From assembly GCA_002269645.1 (NCBI GenBank), contig NIVC01000012.1:1178001-1242000 (forward strand): a DNA stretch of 64,000 nucleotides, in the 5' to 3' direction. Below are positions 1 through 11,899 of this stretch, in pieces (within the stretch, counting starts at the first letter, position 1; each line of letters opens with the position of its first letter). The translations under genes were made by a program, and so were the position numbers. The notes under the pieces are model-generated. The model was given only the letters and a program-made list of their open reading frames with translations, had not been told where the DNA came from and ran no database searches. This DNA is from Macrostomum lignano (taxonomy: Eukaryota).

Positions 1-2049
1 ACTGGCCGAGCTTTGATCCCCAACATTAACTTGGACAAATGGCGCTCTCACAGAGACCTTTTTGAAAGCCTTGACAGGATTAGAATTCCAAGAATCATAC
101 ACAACAAGCCAAACCTTCAGGAGCAGCAGAGAATGGCACTGAAGACTCTTCGAGACAATAGCAGTATCGTCATTAAACCTGCCGACAAGGGCAGCAATAT
201 GGTCGTTTTGAATCGAACTGATTACATACTGGAAGCTAACAGGCAGCTCTCCAACAGGACCTTCTACCAACCCCTTGACACTGCAATGAGCGCCCAGACC
301 AGTGCCATTATCAAAGCCATTTTTCAAGATCTTAAAGAAGAAAAGATAATTACTAATCATCAATACTCGCAACTGATTCCGCCAACTATTCCAAGAGATC
401 GAATTTTCTACCTTTTACCAAAAATCCATAAGGATCCCGAAGAATGGCCTACTCCTGGAGTGCCTCCTGGGAGACCCATTGTCTCGGACTGCAGCTCGGA
501 AAGCTACATGAGCGCCAAATTTATCGATCTCTTCCTACAGCCGATCGCTAAGGAACAAGACTCCTTCATCCGAGACACGGACCACTTTCAAGCGGCTATT
601 AATGATTTGACTTTTGAAAAAGACGAAAATGTCTTTCTGGTTACAATGGATGTTGAATCCCTGTACACCAATATTCCCACTGATAAGGGGATGGACGCCA
701 TTAGAGATGCCTTTCAAACATTTCCCCAAACCTCAAGGCCAGATAACCATCTTCTTGCGCTCCTGGACATTAACTTGAACAAAAATGATTTTGTTTTCAA
801 CGACACGCGCTACCTTCAAATCAAAGGCACAAGCATGGGAAAGGCCTTTGCGCCATCCTACGCCAACATATTTATGTCTGCCTGGGAATCCAAAGCTTTA
901 GAAACTGCTCCGTTTACCCCTCGTTTCTTCAAGCGCTACATTGACGACATTTTTATGGTCTTCGTCGGCACTGAAGACGAACTAAAGGAGATGCACAAGC
1001 ATCTGAATGAGTTCGATTGCAACATCCGACTCACGATGCAATACAGCAGAGAGAAGGTTCACTTCCTGGACTGCTGTGTCAGTCTGACTGACGAAGGCAA
1101 CAAAAAGGGACTTTCGTGCTCAATCTACTTCAAACCCACCGATTCACGTCAGCTTTTAAATCCGGGGTCTTTTCACCCAAAGCACACTTTCAAAGGTATA
1201 CTGAAATCTCAGTTCCTCCGTTACGCTCGCCGTTGCACATTTAAAGAAGACTTCGATGAGGCCAGCAGCAGCTTAACAAGCATCCTGAAGAAACAAGGAT
1301 ATTCTGTCCGCTTAATCAGGGATTCTAAAAAATCTGCCCTCATCCAGCTGGGCCTCTACATTGATGGTCGGTGGGAGTTCGGCTTCCAGGATTGTGGCAA
1401 TCTAAGCTGCCGTCCTTGCAGAGAGCACGGGAATTTTGGCCAAGTTTGTTTAGGGTCCAGCGCTACAAAAATGATTTACAAAATTTGTCAAAAAGTCCGC
1501 TGTGACTCCAGGAATGTGGTGTATGCCATTCTGTGCAAGACTTGCAATGACCGCTGTATCTACGTAGGTGAGACTGGAGGCGCTCTTAAAGTCAGACTTC
1601 AGGCTCACCTGAGCGACATTAGACTGGCTAAAGACACCCCAATCTCCAGGCACTTTCGGTCACCAAACCACAGTATTCAGGACCTCCGCTTTATGGGTCT
1701 GTGGTACCTCAGTACTGAGTGCCTGACCACTAAAGAGGGCGCTCAACGCAGGCGGAGGAATATGGAGCAGAAGCTCATCGCTTTACTACAGACCCAGACT
1801 CCAGCAGGCTTAAACACCGTCATCACTGAAAAAGACGCCTGCATCCCAATAGTGATCCCTTTCACGGACCACTCTGGGCGAATTGTTCATCAAATTCGCA
1901 CGGCCATTTCGAACCACGCTGCAGAGCTGGATACGGTGGCTGCCTATACTCGCTCACGCTCATTAAAGGACATTCTATGTCCATCCAATCTGCCCGCCGT
2001 AACTAATGGTCAGGCCCGAAACTCAAACCTCTTTTCAGATGAGCACTAG
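1..2049 (+). CDS. Penelope-like element ORF (reverse transcriptase + GIY-YIG endonuclease), 5'-truncated by the window edge; Neptune-like
   Basis: Frame is open from base 1 to TAG at 2047-2049. PLE-type RT motifs: IKPADKG, PKIHK, GRPIVS, DVESLYTNIP, GTSMG, RYIDD (YIDD starts at 937). Cys-rich linker CGNLSCRPCREH, then GIY-YIG (NVVYAILC..C...YVGET...RLQAH). The Cys-rich linker is typical of the Neptune group. Confidence 0.93.
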   Translation, partial: TGRALIPNINLDKWRSHRDLFESLDRIRIPRIIHNKPNLQEQQRMALKTLRDNSSIVIKPADKGSNMVVLNRTDYILEANRQLSNRTFYQPLDTAMSAQTSAIIKAIFQDLKEEKIITNHQYSQLIPPTIPRDRIFYLLPKIHKDPEEWPTPGVPPGRPIVSDCSSESYMSAKFIDLFLQPIAKEQDSFIRDTDHFQAAINDLTFEKDENVFLVTMDVESLYTNIPTDKGMDAIRDAFQTFPQTSRPDNHLLALLDINLNKNDFVFNDTRYLQIKGTSMGKAFAPSYANIFMSAWESKALETAPFTPRFFKRYIDDIFMVFVGTEDELKEMHKHLNEFDCNIRLTMQYSREKVHFLDCCVSLTDEGNKKGLSCSIYFKPTDSRQLLNPGSFHPKHTFKGILKSQFLRYARRCTFKEDFDEASSSLTSILKKQGYSVRLIRDSKKSALIQLGLYIDGRWEFGFQDCGNLSCRPCREHGNFGQVCLGSSATKMIYKICQKVRCDSRNVVYAILCKTCNDRCIYVGETGGALKVRLQAHLSDIRLAKDTPISRHFRSPNHSIQDLRFMGLWYLSTECLTTKEGAQRRRRNMEQKLIALLQTQTPAGLNTVITEKDACIPIVIPFTDHSGRIVHQIRTAISNHAAELDTVAAYTRSRSLKDILCPSNLPAVTNGQARNSNLFSDEH

Positions 2050-2191
2050 ATGTACAGATGTACACACGCGTTGCAACGTGCCCGCCCAACCATATTGATT
2101 ATTTTATTTTATTCGCGTCTTTCTATACTCACTATAAATATTTAACTCTGTTTTAATTTGCCCTTTTTTCACAGTTTTTTATTTACAATAT

Positions 2192-2228
2192 ACCCTGACG
2201 AAGACCCTGTTTAGGTCGAAAATTCGGT
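2192..2228 (+). ncRNA. Minimal type-I hammerhead ribozyme in the PLE 3' region
   Basis: acc (stem I), CTGACGA core plus an extra A, stem II gacc/ggtc with loop ctgttta, GAA, palindromic AATT (stem III), C2225 (cleavage site), ggt (stem I'). Matches the minimal hammerheads known from PLEs. Confidence 0.8.
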
Positions 2229-2290
2229 TCTTTTCTTAGAATTAAAGAAATTGTGAATTTGCTTCAACTGTGTGCGTGGTTTCATTTCGC

Positions 2291-2780
<490 letters not shown>

Positions 2781-2784
2781 TTAC

Positions 2785-3600
2785 CTGTGACTCAGAGTCC
2801 GTGGCTGCCTTCTTCAGCAGCGGCCGCCGCAGGCGAGTCGGTAACTCGGCCACCCCAGCCGGACTTCGAGGTGTTGGCGGTGGCGGCGCTGGCGCTTCCT
2901 CCGAGGCGCCAGAGACGAGCCGCACCAAGCGCTGGTGCACAAAACTGGCCAACCGCCTGGGAGTCGAACCCGGGTCCACTGCATCACCAGCATTGCTAGC
3001 GGGTTTTGCTTCAACCGCTGACTTTTCCACCTTGACAGCCCCACCTGCTTCGTCCTCGGTTTTCTCTGCCGACGACAGCCAGAAGTTGCGCTCCGAGTAG
3101 GTGGCAGTGGACGAGCCCCAGCTGCAGTGACCATCGTCGCTAGCGTCGCTGTCGGTGGTGCCAACGATGGCAGTCTCTGGCGCGTTCCACCACCAGTCCC
3201 AGGCGTCCTGCAGCAACTGGGAATTCTCACACATTGCCGAAGCCGCAGATGCTCCTGCAGACTCCTCTTCGTCTTCATCAGCTTCCTCAAGCGGTGGCTG
3301 GCTGGTCGAAGCTGAGGTGGCCTGCAGCCGGCAGCGCTTTGACTTGAAGCTGCCGAGTTGTGTCGCGAACTCGCCTAGCGGATCGGAGCCGAGCTGGTGG
3401 CTGGGAGCGACATCTCCTGTTGAAAAGTCGGTCTGGTTCGAGACTGCATTAACGCGAATAATCGGTGGTCGCTGCTGCTGTTGTTGCTGCTGCTGCTGCT
3501 GCTGGCCTGAAGGACTCGGCGAGCGAGAGTTGCGGGGACTCAGCGGATGGTTCAACAGGTGTACGGAGCTGCTACTGCTGAGCGACCGAGCCGGATGCAT
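2785..3600 (-). CDS. First coding exon of an unidentified gene (Ser/Gln/acidic low-complexity N-terminus); the gene continues beyond the window start
   Basis: ATG at 3600, GC-rich codon-like composition, poly-Q. The ORF ends at a canonical donor CAG|GTAAG (intron starts at 2784 on the minus strand). No recognisable domain. Confidence 0.65.
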
Positions 3601-4448
3601 TGATGAGCGCCAATTTGGTCGCTCGCTTTTTTGATATTTTATAACAGACCCCTTATATGGGTCTATTATAGTTACTATTTATCAATGCAGTTTGACGGAC
3701 TCAACAATAACAGCGCTTCTCCCTCTGTTGCTGTATTTCTGCTTCTTTTTTAGTCTCGAATGCTGTGTGTGTTCTGCCTTTGCAGTTGCAGTTGCAGCCG
3801 GCCAGTGGAATATAAATCAGTCAAAATAGAGGGAAGAAGATGGGAGAGGGGAGAGAGAACGATGGAGGTAAAACGGAGGCTGGGCAGGGCTGATCGAGAT
3901 GCGAACCAACCCCTGGCTTTGCTGCTCTCCACTCCTTCTCCTCCCATTCCAGCTCCCTCTCGTCGTCTCTTTCGCCAGCTATCTCTCGCACGGATGAAAA
4001 CCTGCAATTTTGAGCATAATTTTGGTAACTGAGGCAGAACCGGCTTCAGTTAAAAGATGAGTTGGTGGCAGACGGAGGGTTGTGTTCCTATGTTTTTTCG
4101 TGGGAGCGCATGTGTTGCTCATTACTTTCTCTATAGCTGTCTTCATCCTTTTCTGGACTTTCACCAGTAGACGTAGTAATTAAACAGCTGCAGGTAATTA
4201 TCTATCTGAGACAAGCTGCTATCATAGTCGAATTAAGTCAAACATACTGCAGTAACATAGGACCTGGCTCAGGAGACGTTCAGCTACTTAGGTAAGTGCT
4301 TTCACTCAAGGAGGGCCTACTTGAATTGACAGTAAAAACGTCCTACCATGTGATGGGTTGACTCACTAGAAGTACATTTATGCACGATGAGCAATCAAGC
4401 TTGAGGTCAAACAAAACCTACCCAGTAAGCATGTGCATACTAGCTTGT

Positions 4449-5150
4449 TACTTGTTGCAGCGACCCAAAGTGAGCTGGTCACTTGTTGCAGCGACCCAAA
4501 GTGAGCTGGCCACTTGTTGCAGCGACCCAAAGTGAGCTGGTCACTTGTTGCAGCGACCCAAAGTGAGCTGGTCACTTGTTGCAGCGACCCAAAGTGAGCT
4601 GGTCACTTGTTGCAGCGACCCAAAGTGAGCTGGTTACTTGTTGCAGCGACCCAAAGTGAGCTGGTCACTTGTTGCAGCGATCCAAAGTGAGCTGGTCACT
4701 TGTTGCAGCGACCCAAAGTGAGCTGGTCACTTGTTGCAGCGACCCAAAGTGAGCTGGTCACTTGTTGCAGCGACCCAAAGTGAGCTGGTCACTTGTTGCA
4801 GCGACCCAAAGTGAGCTGGTCACTTGTTGCAGCGACCCAAAGTGAGCTGGTCACTTGTTGCAGCGACCCAAAGTGAGCTGGTCACTTGTTGCAGCGACCC
4901 AAAGTGAGCTGGTCACTTGTTGCAGCGACCCAAAGTGAGCTGGTCACTTGTTGCAGCGACCCAAAGTGAGCTGGTCACTTGTTGCAGCGACCCAAAGTGA
5001 GCTGGCCACTTGTTGCAGCGACCCAAAGTGAGCTGGTCACTTGTTGCAGCGACCCAAAGTGAGCTGGTCACTTGTTGCAGCGACCCAAAGTGAGCTGGTC
5101 ACTTGTTGCAGCGACCCAAAGTGAGCTGGTCACTTGTTGCAGCGACCCAA
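4449..5150. repeat. 31-bp minisatellite (gtcacttgttgcagcgacccaaagtgagctg), ~22 copies
   Basis: Head-to-tail near-identical units with no spacers. Confidence 0.97.
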
Positions 5151-8030
5151 ATTGAGCAATTGCAGCATCTTATAGTTTTTAAAACCTGCAAAAAACCTTT
5201 TTTCTAAATGCTTTTTTTTTCTTCCAGGTCGTAAATGTACTAGCAAATTCGCCCCTCTTCTGGGGCACACACAAACAAGGACAAAACGATTACAAAGGCT
5301 TCTTAATGACGAAAAGGCTTGTTTATACAAAAGCGCAGTATTTTATTAATAACAATTTGGAAACCCTTTGGGGCCTTGTACAGTTAGATCCTTGGACATA
5401 GGATAGCTAGGTTAAACACATAGTATAGTGAAGATTGGATGGTTGACATCCATCTTGTGGAATTTTTGCTTAGTATGTACGCCATAAATTCATTGATCGC
5501 CATATATACTCACCTGTGGCTTGTGTACCTTTTTGCATTTAATTTCCACAAAAGCATTAATTTAATTTAGACAATTATACATTTTCGTTACCATGATTAT
5601 AGCTCCTATTCATTTACCATCGGGCAATAGTTGATTGATAAGAAATGAAAAATGTACGTACAAAGTGTAAAAATAATTGCCATTTATTGCGCTAGTCGCA
5701 TTTTTACAGGCACTACAATTCTGATAGTTTTTCAAGCACCCCAATCAGGGTCATCAAAGCACGCTATAAACGGATCCTATAACTAACTATAACTCTTTTT
5801 TTAACCCTTGGCTGCATAGGAGTACAGTATAGGGTTGATCGAAGTACACAAAAACAGAATTAATTGGTAACTGGATTTACTAATCTGGATTAGAAAACCT
5901 GGTCAAGACACAGGTGGAGACAAGCAAAATACGATGGAGGAGAGAAAGGCAATATTAGACAAATTTCCTTCAATATTTTGTTGACAGTTAAGGGTAGCAG
6001 CAAGGAGCTTTGGTCAGGATAATGATGAGATGCCGGAGGTCTAGCAGGTATAAGGCGTTCACTACCATAGCTATACTCGAAGTCTGAAGAGCGCTCAACA
6101 CGGCTTGATGCCCATGCAGTACCTCTCTATATCTCGGCTCCCCTCCTCTCCTACCTGTCCGCTGTGATTAATTTAAAAAATTCTTCCAATTTCCGGCGTT
6201 GTTATTTAGCTAGCTTTTGCATGCACTGGGTGGGTGCAATACAACCCTCATCCAATCTACATCAAAGCTTTGTTAGCGGATTTGCATCAGCAAAAATTGC
6301 GCGCGCTGTGCATATTTGTTTAACTAATTGAATTTTCCTCTCGAGTTGCTTTGAGATTCGCGAACATTATGTCTCTAAAAACACTAAAAAATCCTCTATA
6401 AAATGCATTTCAACTAGCTACTAAACCAAATCGAGTACATTTTAGAGTACATATGGGTTGAGAAGTCTTGAAAGTTGTTTCATTTACGGGTAGCCACTCA
6501 CTGATGAATTTGCAGTTTTGTACTTATACGAGCTAATAGCACGATCATAAAGAACTTTTTAAAAATTGTTTCTGAATCGATTACTGTCAGTAGACAGGCA
6601 ACAATTTACATTTAAAATAATTTGTTGAAGCAGTAACTTAGATAGCAGCTAAGATACACACGTCAGAAGATTTCTGCATCCGGTTTTACAAGAATTTTCT
6701 TTATATTTGATTGACAGTAAGTTGAAATGTTTACCAATAATTTTGCGTTTAATTCATAAAAAATTGTTTCGTTTTAACGAATCGAAAAGCCAAAAATTAG
6801 AATTTTCTTTTATTTTGAAGAGAAATAATAACATTTAAATTCAGTGTTGTTAAAATTCATAGAGTAAGAATGGTTAGTCGCTAGGTAGGTAGGACCAATT
6901 AAAATTTCTAAAACGTTTTCAACACGTCCTCATGAACGTTACACTGCGGAGTAAAATATTGATAGCTATCAGAAATTTGACAGAAATATAAATGTTTAAG
7001 AAGATTGAGGGAAATATTATACAATATAAGGACAAAAGAGAAGGCGCGAACGTGGTACATTTTTAGAACTCCCTAATTTTTTGCACAAAGTCAACAATAA
7101 AATGATCGCTGAAAAATTACTTCTCGCATTGTCGACTTTTTAGTGCTAAATTGACGGCGGTGTCAAACAAGAATTGATTAGGGGTCGCTACACGAACAAA
7201 TTTTTCACAGCATAGAATTCTAGTCATTTGTGTTATTTAGAACTATAGCCATGATGTATGACTCATTTTCCTATTTAAAAAAATAGTTAAATAATTGATA
7301 GCAATATTTCACCCGAAAAAGGATTTCTTTTAATTTTCTTTTGTAAAACTCGTTTCGATAAAAATAAACTTATAAACCCGTTGAGAAACACGCGCTATCG
7401 CTAATTCTTGTGTCTTTTCTGCAATTATTAGTTTTCTGAAAATTATAAATATTAGGAAACGGATTAAATTAGCTCAGATAAACCAAATAAAATTTTACAG
7501 GTATATTGCTATTTCTTGTCCAGTAATTGCAACCTAATTAGGAAATAATATAATATGGGAGTTCCACACAAACTCCTAGAGTTAAAGTGTTACATCATCT
7601 TGCCACCATTGAAAACTAATAATAGTAGGACGCTCGCGGCCAATTTTGGCGAGATAGAAAGTCTTCAGATTTAAAAGAAATATCTGTTTCTTACCCTTCA
7701 AGGACTTGTTAATTAGAAACCATTGGTGTTATATCCGAGTTGCATTCATGGGTTAGCTAATCAAGCTTACATTCGGGGCTTTATATGTAAAAAAAACAAT
7801 TTTTCTAAAGCAGTTTAGAAAACACGGACAGTATTTTAAGCGTTGCCGATCTTTAATATTTTTTGACAAACTTTTGAATGCATCTGGGAAAAACACATTC
7901 TGTACTCGTAGTTGCTAAAAGAAGGTCGGAGTTGTTGGGAATTGAATGCTAAACAACTGCAGAAGACTTCCCATCTCGCCAATGCATTTCGCAGTGTTTC
8001 GAGATTTGCGAGTTCAGCGTCCTTGCCGGC

Positions 8031-8975
8031 CTAGGCCACAAAGATGGACAGCCTGTCCGCTCGCTGGACATCCGTATTCCAGTGACCAGTCGAGCTAGTC
8101 GTGAACAGAATCCTTGGCGCAGCGGTGAAGTTGCCCTTGGCAAAGTCGCAGACGTCGTCAGTGTCCATCACCATTAGCACTCCAGCGTCAGTTGAGCAAA
8201 CACCGCCGTAGTTGTAGTTGATGAAAAATCTGCGCTCGTGGCTCCATCCAGATCTAGTGGACACGTGACCAGCCACGGCAAAATAGTTGAACTTCCTGTT
8301 GGCAATGTCAACTACGGGCCAGCTCGATTTGAGACCATCTGGCGCGAACCAGTTCTGCAGCGTGAGTCCTGGCTTGGAAGCGTCAAAAGTCAGCCGGATA
8401 ACTGGAGTGTTTGACTTGTAAACGACCACGCGAAACTCCCGTATGTGTAGATGGTTCTTCAATTCGTTCAAATTGTCCAACGCATCCGATCGGAACACAT
8501 CCGGCTGTCCAGCAGCTGAGTTCTCACTCTCCACCGATAGGACGTGCTCATTGCCAGATGCCGTAACGAAAGAGTTCCAGGCTTTGTGGCCAACTCCAGC
8601 TTTGATGGTGAAGACCAGGTGATGAGGCACGGTTGGAGCATCGGGTGTCCGACACGGGAGCCAGGACTCCAGCAGTTCCACGGACGGCTTTGTTAGGCAC
8701 TTTAGAGGGCACTCGCTAGTTAGAAGGTGACAATCTCCCGAGCTAACATTTGAAAGGATTTGACCGACGGCCCCAATTTTTTCAGATTCAATTTCTTTTT
8801 GCAGTTTTGTTATCCAACAGAGGTGTTTGGGTATTGCCGTCTTGGCAGGCAGGCTGTTCAAGCAATCAGGGCAGGCTTTGAGTTCTTGAACTTCAAAGCA
8901 TGACTCTGTCAGAGCCGGGGGCCAGCCAGAGATTAACAAAATAATCGAAGATACAACTTTAACTATCTGATACAT
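8031..8975 (-). CDS. Intronless, probably secreted protein (~314 aa) with a C-terminal domain of unknown function
   Basis: 335-aa ORF; the second Met (8975) opens a signal-peptide-like stretch MYQIVKVVSSIILLISGWPPALTES. The C-terminal half (HLVFTIKAG...IREFRVVVYK...NWF...RRFFINYNYGGVCSTDAGVLMV...ADRLSIFV) resembles, from memory, uncharacterised marine-invertebrate proteins. Confidence 0.7.
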   Translation of the reverse strand: MYQIVKVVSSIILLISGWPPALTESCFEVQELKACPDCLNSLPAKTAIPKHLCWITKLQKEIESEKIGAVGQILSNVSSGDCHLLTSECPLKCLTKPSVELLESWLPCRTPDAPTVPHHLVFTIKAGVGHKAWNSFVTASGNEHVLSVESENSAAGQPDVFRSDALDNLNELKNHLHIREFRVVVYKSNTPVIRLTFDASKPGLTLQNWFAPDGLKSSWPVVDIANRKFNYFAVAGHVSTRSGWSHERRFFINYNYGGVCSTDAGVLMVMDTDDVCDFAKGNFTAAPRILFTTSSTGHWNTDVQRADRLSIFVA

Positions 8976-9159
8976 GATTATCCAGGTGAGAGTGTTTCCA
9001 AAAACAGGTTTAGCTGCAGTTGGAAATTGGCTTTGCATTTACAGTGTGTATGACAGGCGTTTGACTTCAGATAGCTCTTACTGTAAAATAGCTTCCATTG
9101 GCTAAGAAAAACACCGTATTTTTTGCAGCGTAGACAAGACTTCGGAGCCAAGAACTGAA

Positions 9160-9960
9160 CTCCTTGAGGTTTTAGCTCTGAGGATTCAACACTCCCTGAG
9201 GTTTTAGCTCTGGGGATTCAACACTCCTTGAGGTTTTAGCTCTGAGGATTCAACACTCCTTGAGGTTTTAGCTCTGAGGATTCAACACTCCTTGAGGTTT
9301 TAGCTCTGAGGATTCAACACTCCCTGAGGTTTTAGCTCTGGGGATTCAACACTCCCTGAGGTTTTAGCTCTGGGGATTCAACACTCCCTGAGGTTTTAGC
9401 TCTGGGGATTCAACACTCCCTGAGGTTTTAGCTTTGGGGATTTAACACTCCCTGAGGTTTTAGCTCTCGGGATTCAACACTCCCTGAGGTTTTAGCTCTG
9501 GGGATTCAACACTCCTTGAGGTTTTAGCTCTGAGGATTCAACACTCCCTGAGGTTTTAGCTCTGGGGATTCAACACTCCCTGAGGTTTTAGCTCTGGGGA
9601 TTCAACACTCCCTGAGGTTTTAGCTCTGAGGATTCAACACTCCCTGAGGTTTTAGCTCTGAGGATTCAACACTCCCTGAGGTTTTAGCTCTGGGGATTCA
9701 ACACTCCCTGATGTTTTAGCTCTGAGGATTCAACACTCCCTGAGGTTTTAGCTCTGAGGATTCAACACTCCTTGAGGTTTTAGCTCTGGGGATTCAACAC
9801 TCCTTGAGGTTTTAGCTCTGGGGATTCAACACTCCCTGAGGTTTTAGCTCTGAGGATTCAACACTCCTTGAGGTTTTAGCTCTGGGGATTCAACACTCCT
9901 TGAGGTTTTAGCTCTGGGGATTCAACACTCCCTGAGGTTTTAGCCCTCCCGATTCAACAC
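9160..9960. repeat. 32-bp minisatellite (actccctgaggttttagctctggggattcaac), ~25 copies
   Basis: Tandem units with two main variable sites (cc/ct, gg/ag) and no spacers. Confidence 0.97.
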
Positions 9961-10589
9961 CCACAATGAGCTAGTTTAGCCCTCCAAATTCAACACATCC
10001 GCCGCTAATAAACAGCGCACTTCTAGCGGAGGATTTTACTCGTTAGACCTCACACCTTGCAGTTGTGATCTTTCTCCATATGCGAGCTGCTGCATCACTC
10101 CTAAATTTCTTCAGTCAGTAATTCAACAGCTGCTGTTATTTGAAGCGTGGCGTGCTGCTCTAGTGTAGCTGCTTTTGACTCAAACAAAAAAATGAAAAAA
10201 CATTGTTTTTCAAGACCGATCTCTCATGCAGTTGATACTTTCCCAACCAGCAAAAGCTTAGAGTCAGAGTTTTAATGTTGCCAGAAGACTCTCCGCAGCG
10301 GAAGATGCGGAGGTTTTCAAGACAATGAAAAAATGGATTGTGTAGCTAGTTCTCAACAGCAGTCCCCATCAAGACTTGTGGTCTAAGCAAAACTGTTTAC
10401 AGAATTCTGTGCAGAAAATTCTCCGCATCAGTAGTTGGGAGCGGCACCAAATAAGGAAATGTAAAAATTTCTGCGTGAGTAGAAAGAAAGGAAGAGAGGG
10501 GTGAGGCGAGCAAAAAGAGAAAATAAGGGGAGAGGAGAAGACAGAGGCGAGAGGAGGATAGTGGGAAGAGCAGAGGGGAAAGGAGAGGG

Positions 10590-11330
10590 GTGAGGGAGGG
10601 TGAGAGAGGGAGAGCAGAGGCGGGGGAAGAGGGAGAGTGGGAGAGGGAGAGCAGAGGCGGGGGAAGAGGGAGAGTGGGAGAGGGAGAGCAGAGGAGGGGG
10701 AAGAGGGAGAGAGGGAATGGGAGAGCAGAGGCGGGGTGAGAGGGAGAGAGGGAATGGGAGAGCAGAGGCGGGGGGAGAGGGAGAGAGGGAATGGGAGAGC
10801 AGAGGCGGGGGGAGAGGGAGAGAGGGAATGGGAGAGCAGAGGCGGGTGGAAGGGAGAGCAGAGGAGGGGGAAGAGGGAGAGCAGAGGCGGGGGGAGACGG
10901 AGAGAGGGAATGGGAGAGCAGAGGCGGGGGAGACGGAGAGAGGGAATGGGAGAGCAGAGGCGGGGGGAGAGGGAGAGAGGGAATGGGAGAGCAGAGGCGG
11001 GTGGAAGGGAGAGCAGAGGAGGGGGAAGAGGGAGAGCAGAGGCGGGGGGAGACGGAGAGAGGGAATGGGAGAGCAGAGGCGGGTGGAAGGGAGAGCAGAG
11101 GAGGGGGAAGAGGGAGAGCAGAGGCGGGGGGAGACGGAGAGAGGGAATGGGAGAGCAGAGGCGGGGGAGAGGGAGAGCAGAGGAGGGGGAAAAGGGAGAG
11201 CAGAGGATTGGGAAGAGGGAGAGCAGAGGCGGGGGGAGAGGGAGAGCAGAGGAGGGGGAAGAGGGAGAGCAGAGGAGGGGGAAGAGGGAGAGCAGATGAT
11301 TGGGAAGAGGGAGAGCAGAGGAGGGGGAGA
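10590..11330. repeat. Purine-rich (GA) compound minisatellite built on gggagagcagaggcgggg
   Basis: The plus strand is dominated by G and A; it yields the low-complexity E/G/R ORFs. Confidence 0.92.
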
Positions 11331-11899
11331 GTAGGTTGACATTAAAACAAACCTCATTTCCCTTAAAGTAGTCACCAGAACCGAGAAAATAGTTTCAGGT
11401 CAGAAAATACTTTAAAAGATAGTATAAAACATTAAAAAAAGAACACCATAGCAAAATAAATATATCATTGAAATTGTTTTGCAAGTCGATATACCTCGCG
11501 TTCCTAAAATATTGATATTAATATTCAATAGCAGGACCAAAAGACATACGCTCGTAACTAAAGTTATATTAAATTGATTAAGCATAGACAAGTTAAAACT
11601 GCTCTGTAAGAGAATACAGGGCAAAAAATCTGTTTAAAAAAGCAGATGTTAAATTCATAGTAGAATTGAGCAAGCAATAAATGCCTATCATGTGACAGCA
11701 AAACACAGCAATATGTCTGCGTTTTGTTACTTATAGTACAAATACAAAAGCATCGAAAACTAAATCTATTTTGAAGTTTTACAATACAAAAAATATAGAT
11801 GTAGCAAAATTATTTAGACTCTTGCTTTCTAGAATAAAATACCGATTGTGGTTTAACTATAATTTCGGTTCGAAAGAATTTCGATAGAAGTGAAATTCT

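Noticed and set aside
2955-2980. WESNPGP (2A-like) on the plus strand and a tRNA T-arm-like ggttcgactcc on the minus strand
   Set aside because: Lacks the D-V/I of the 2A motif, has no A-box or cloverleaf, and lies within a coding exon; coincidental.
5784-5810. taactataactct (rDNA homing/R2 target-like) and TTAA-CCCTT (piggyBac-like end)
   Set aside because: The match is too short, there is no surrounding rRNA sequence, and no matching opposite TIR was found.
9160-9960. 32-bp repeat containing gttttagctct, superficially like a type II CRISPR repeat
   Set aside because: Units are contiguous with no unique spacers, there are no cas genes, and the context is eukaryotic.
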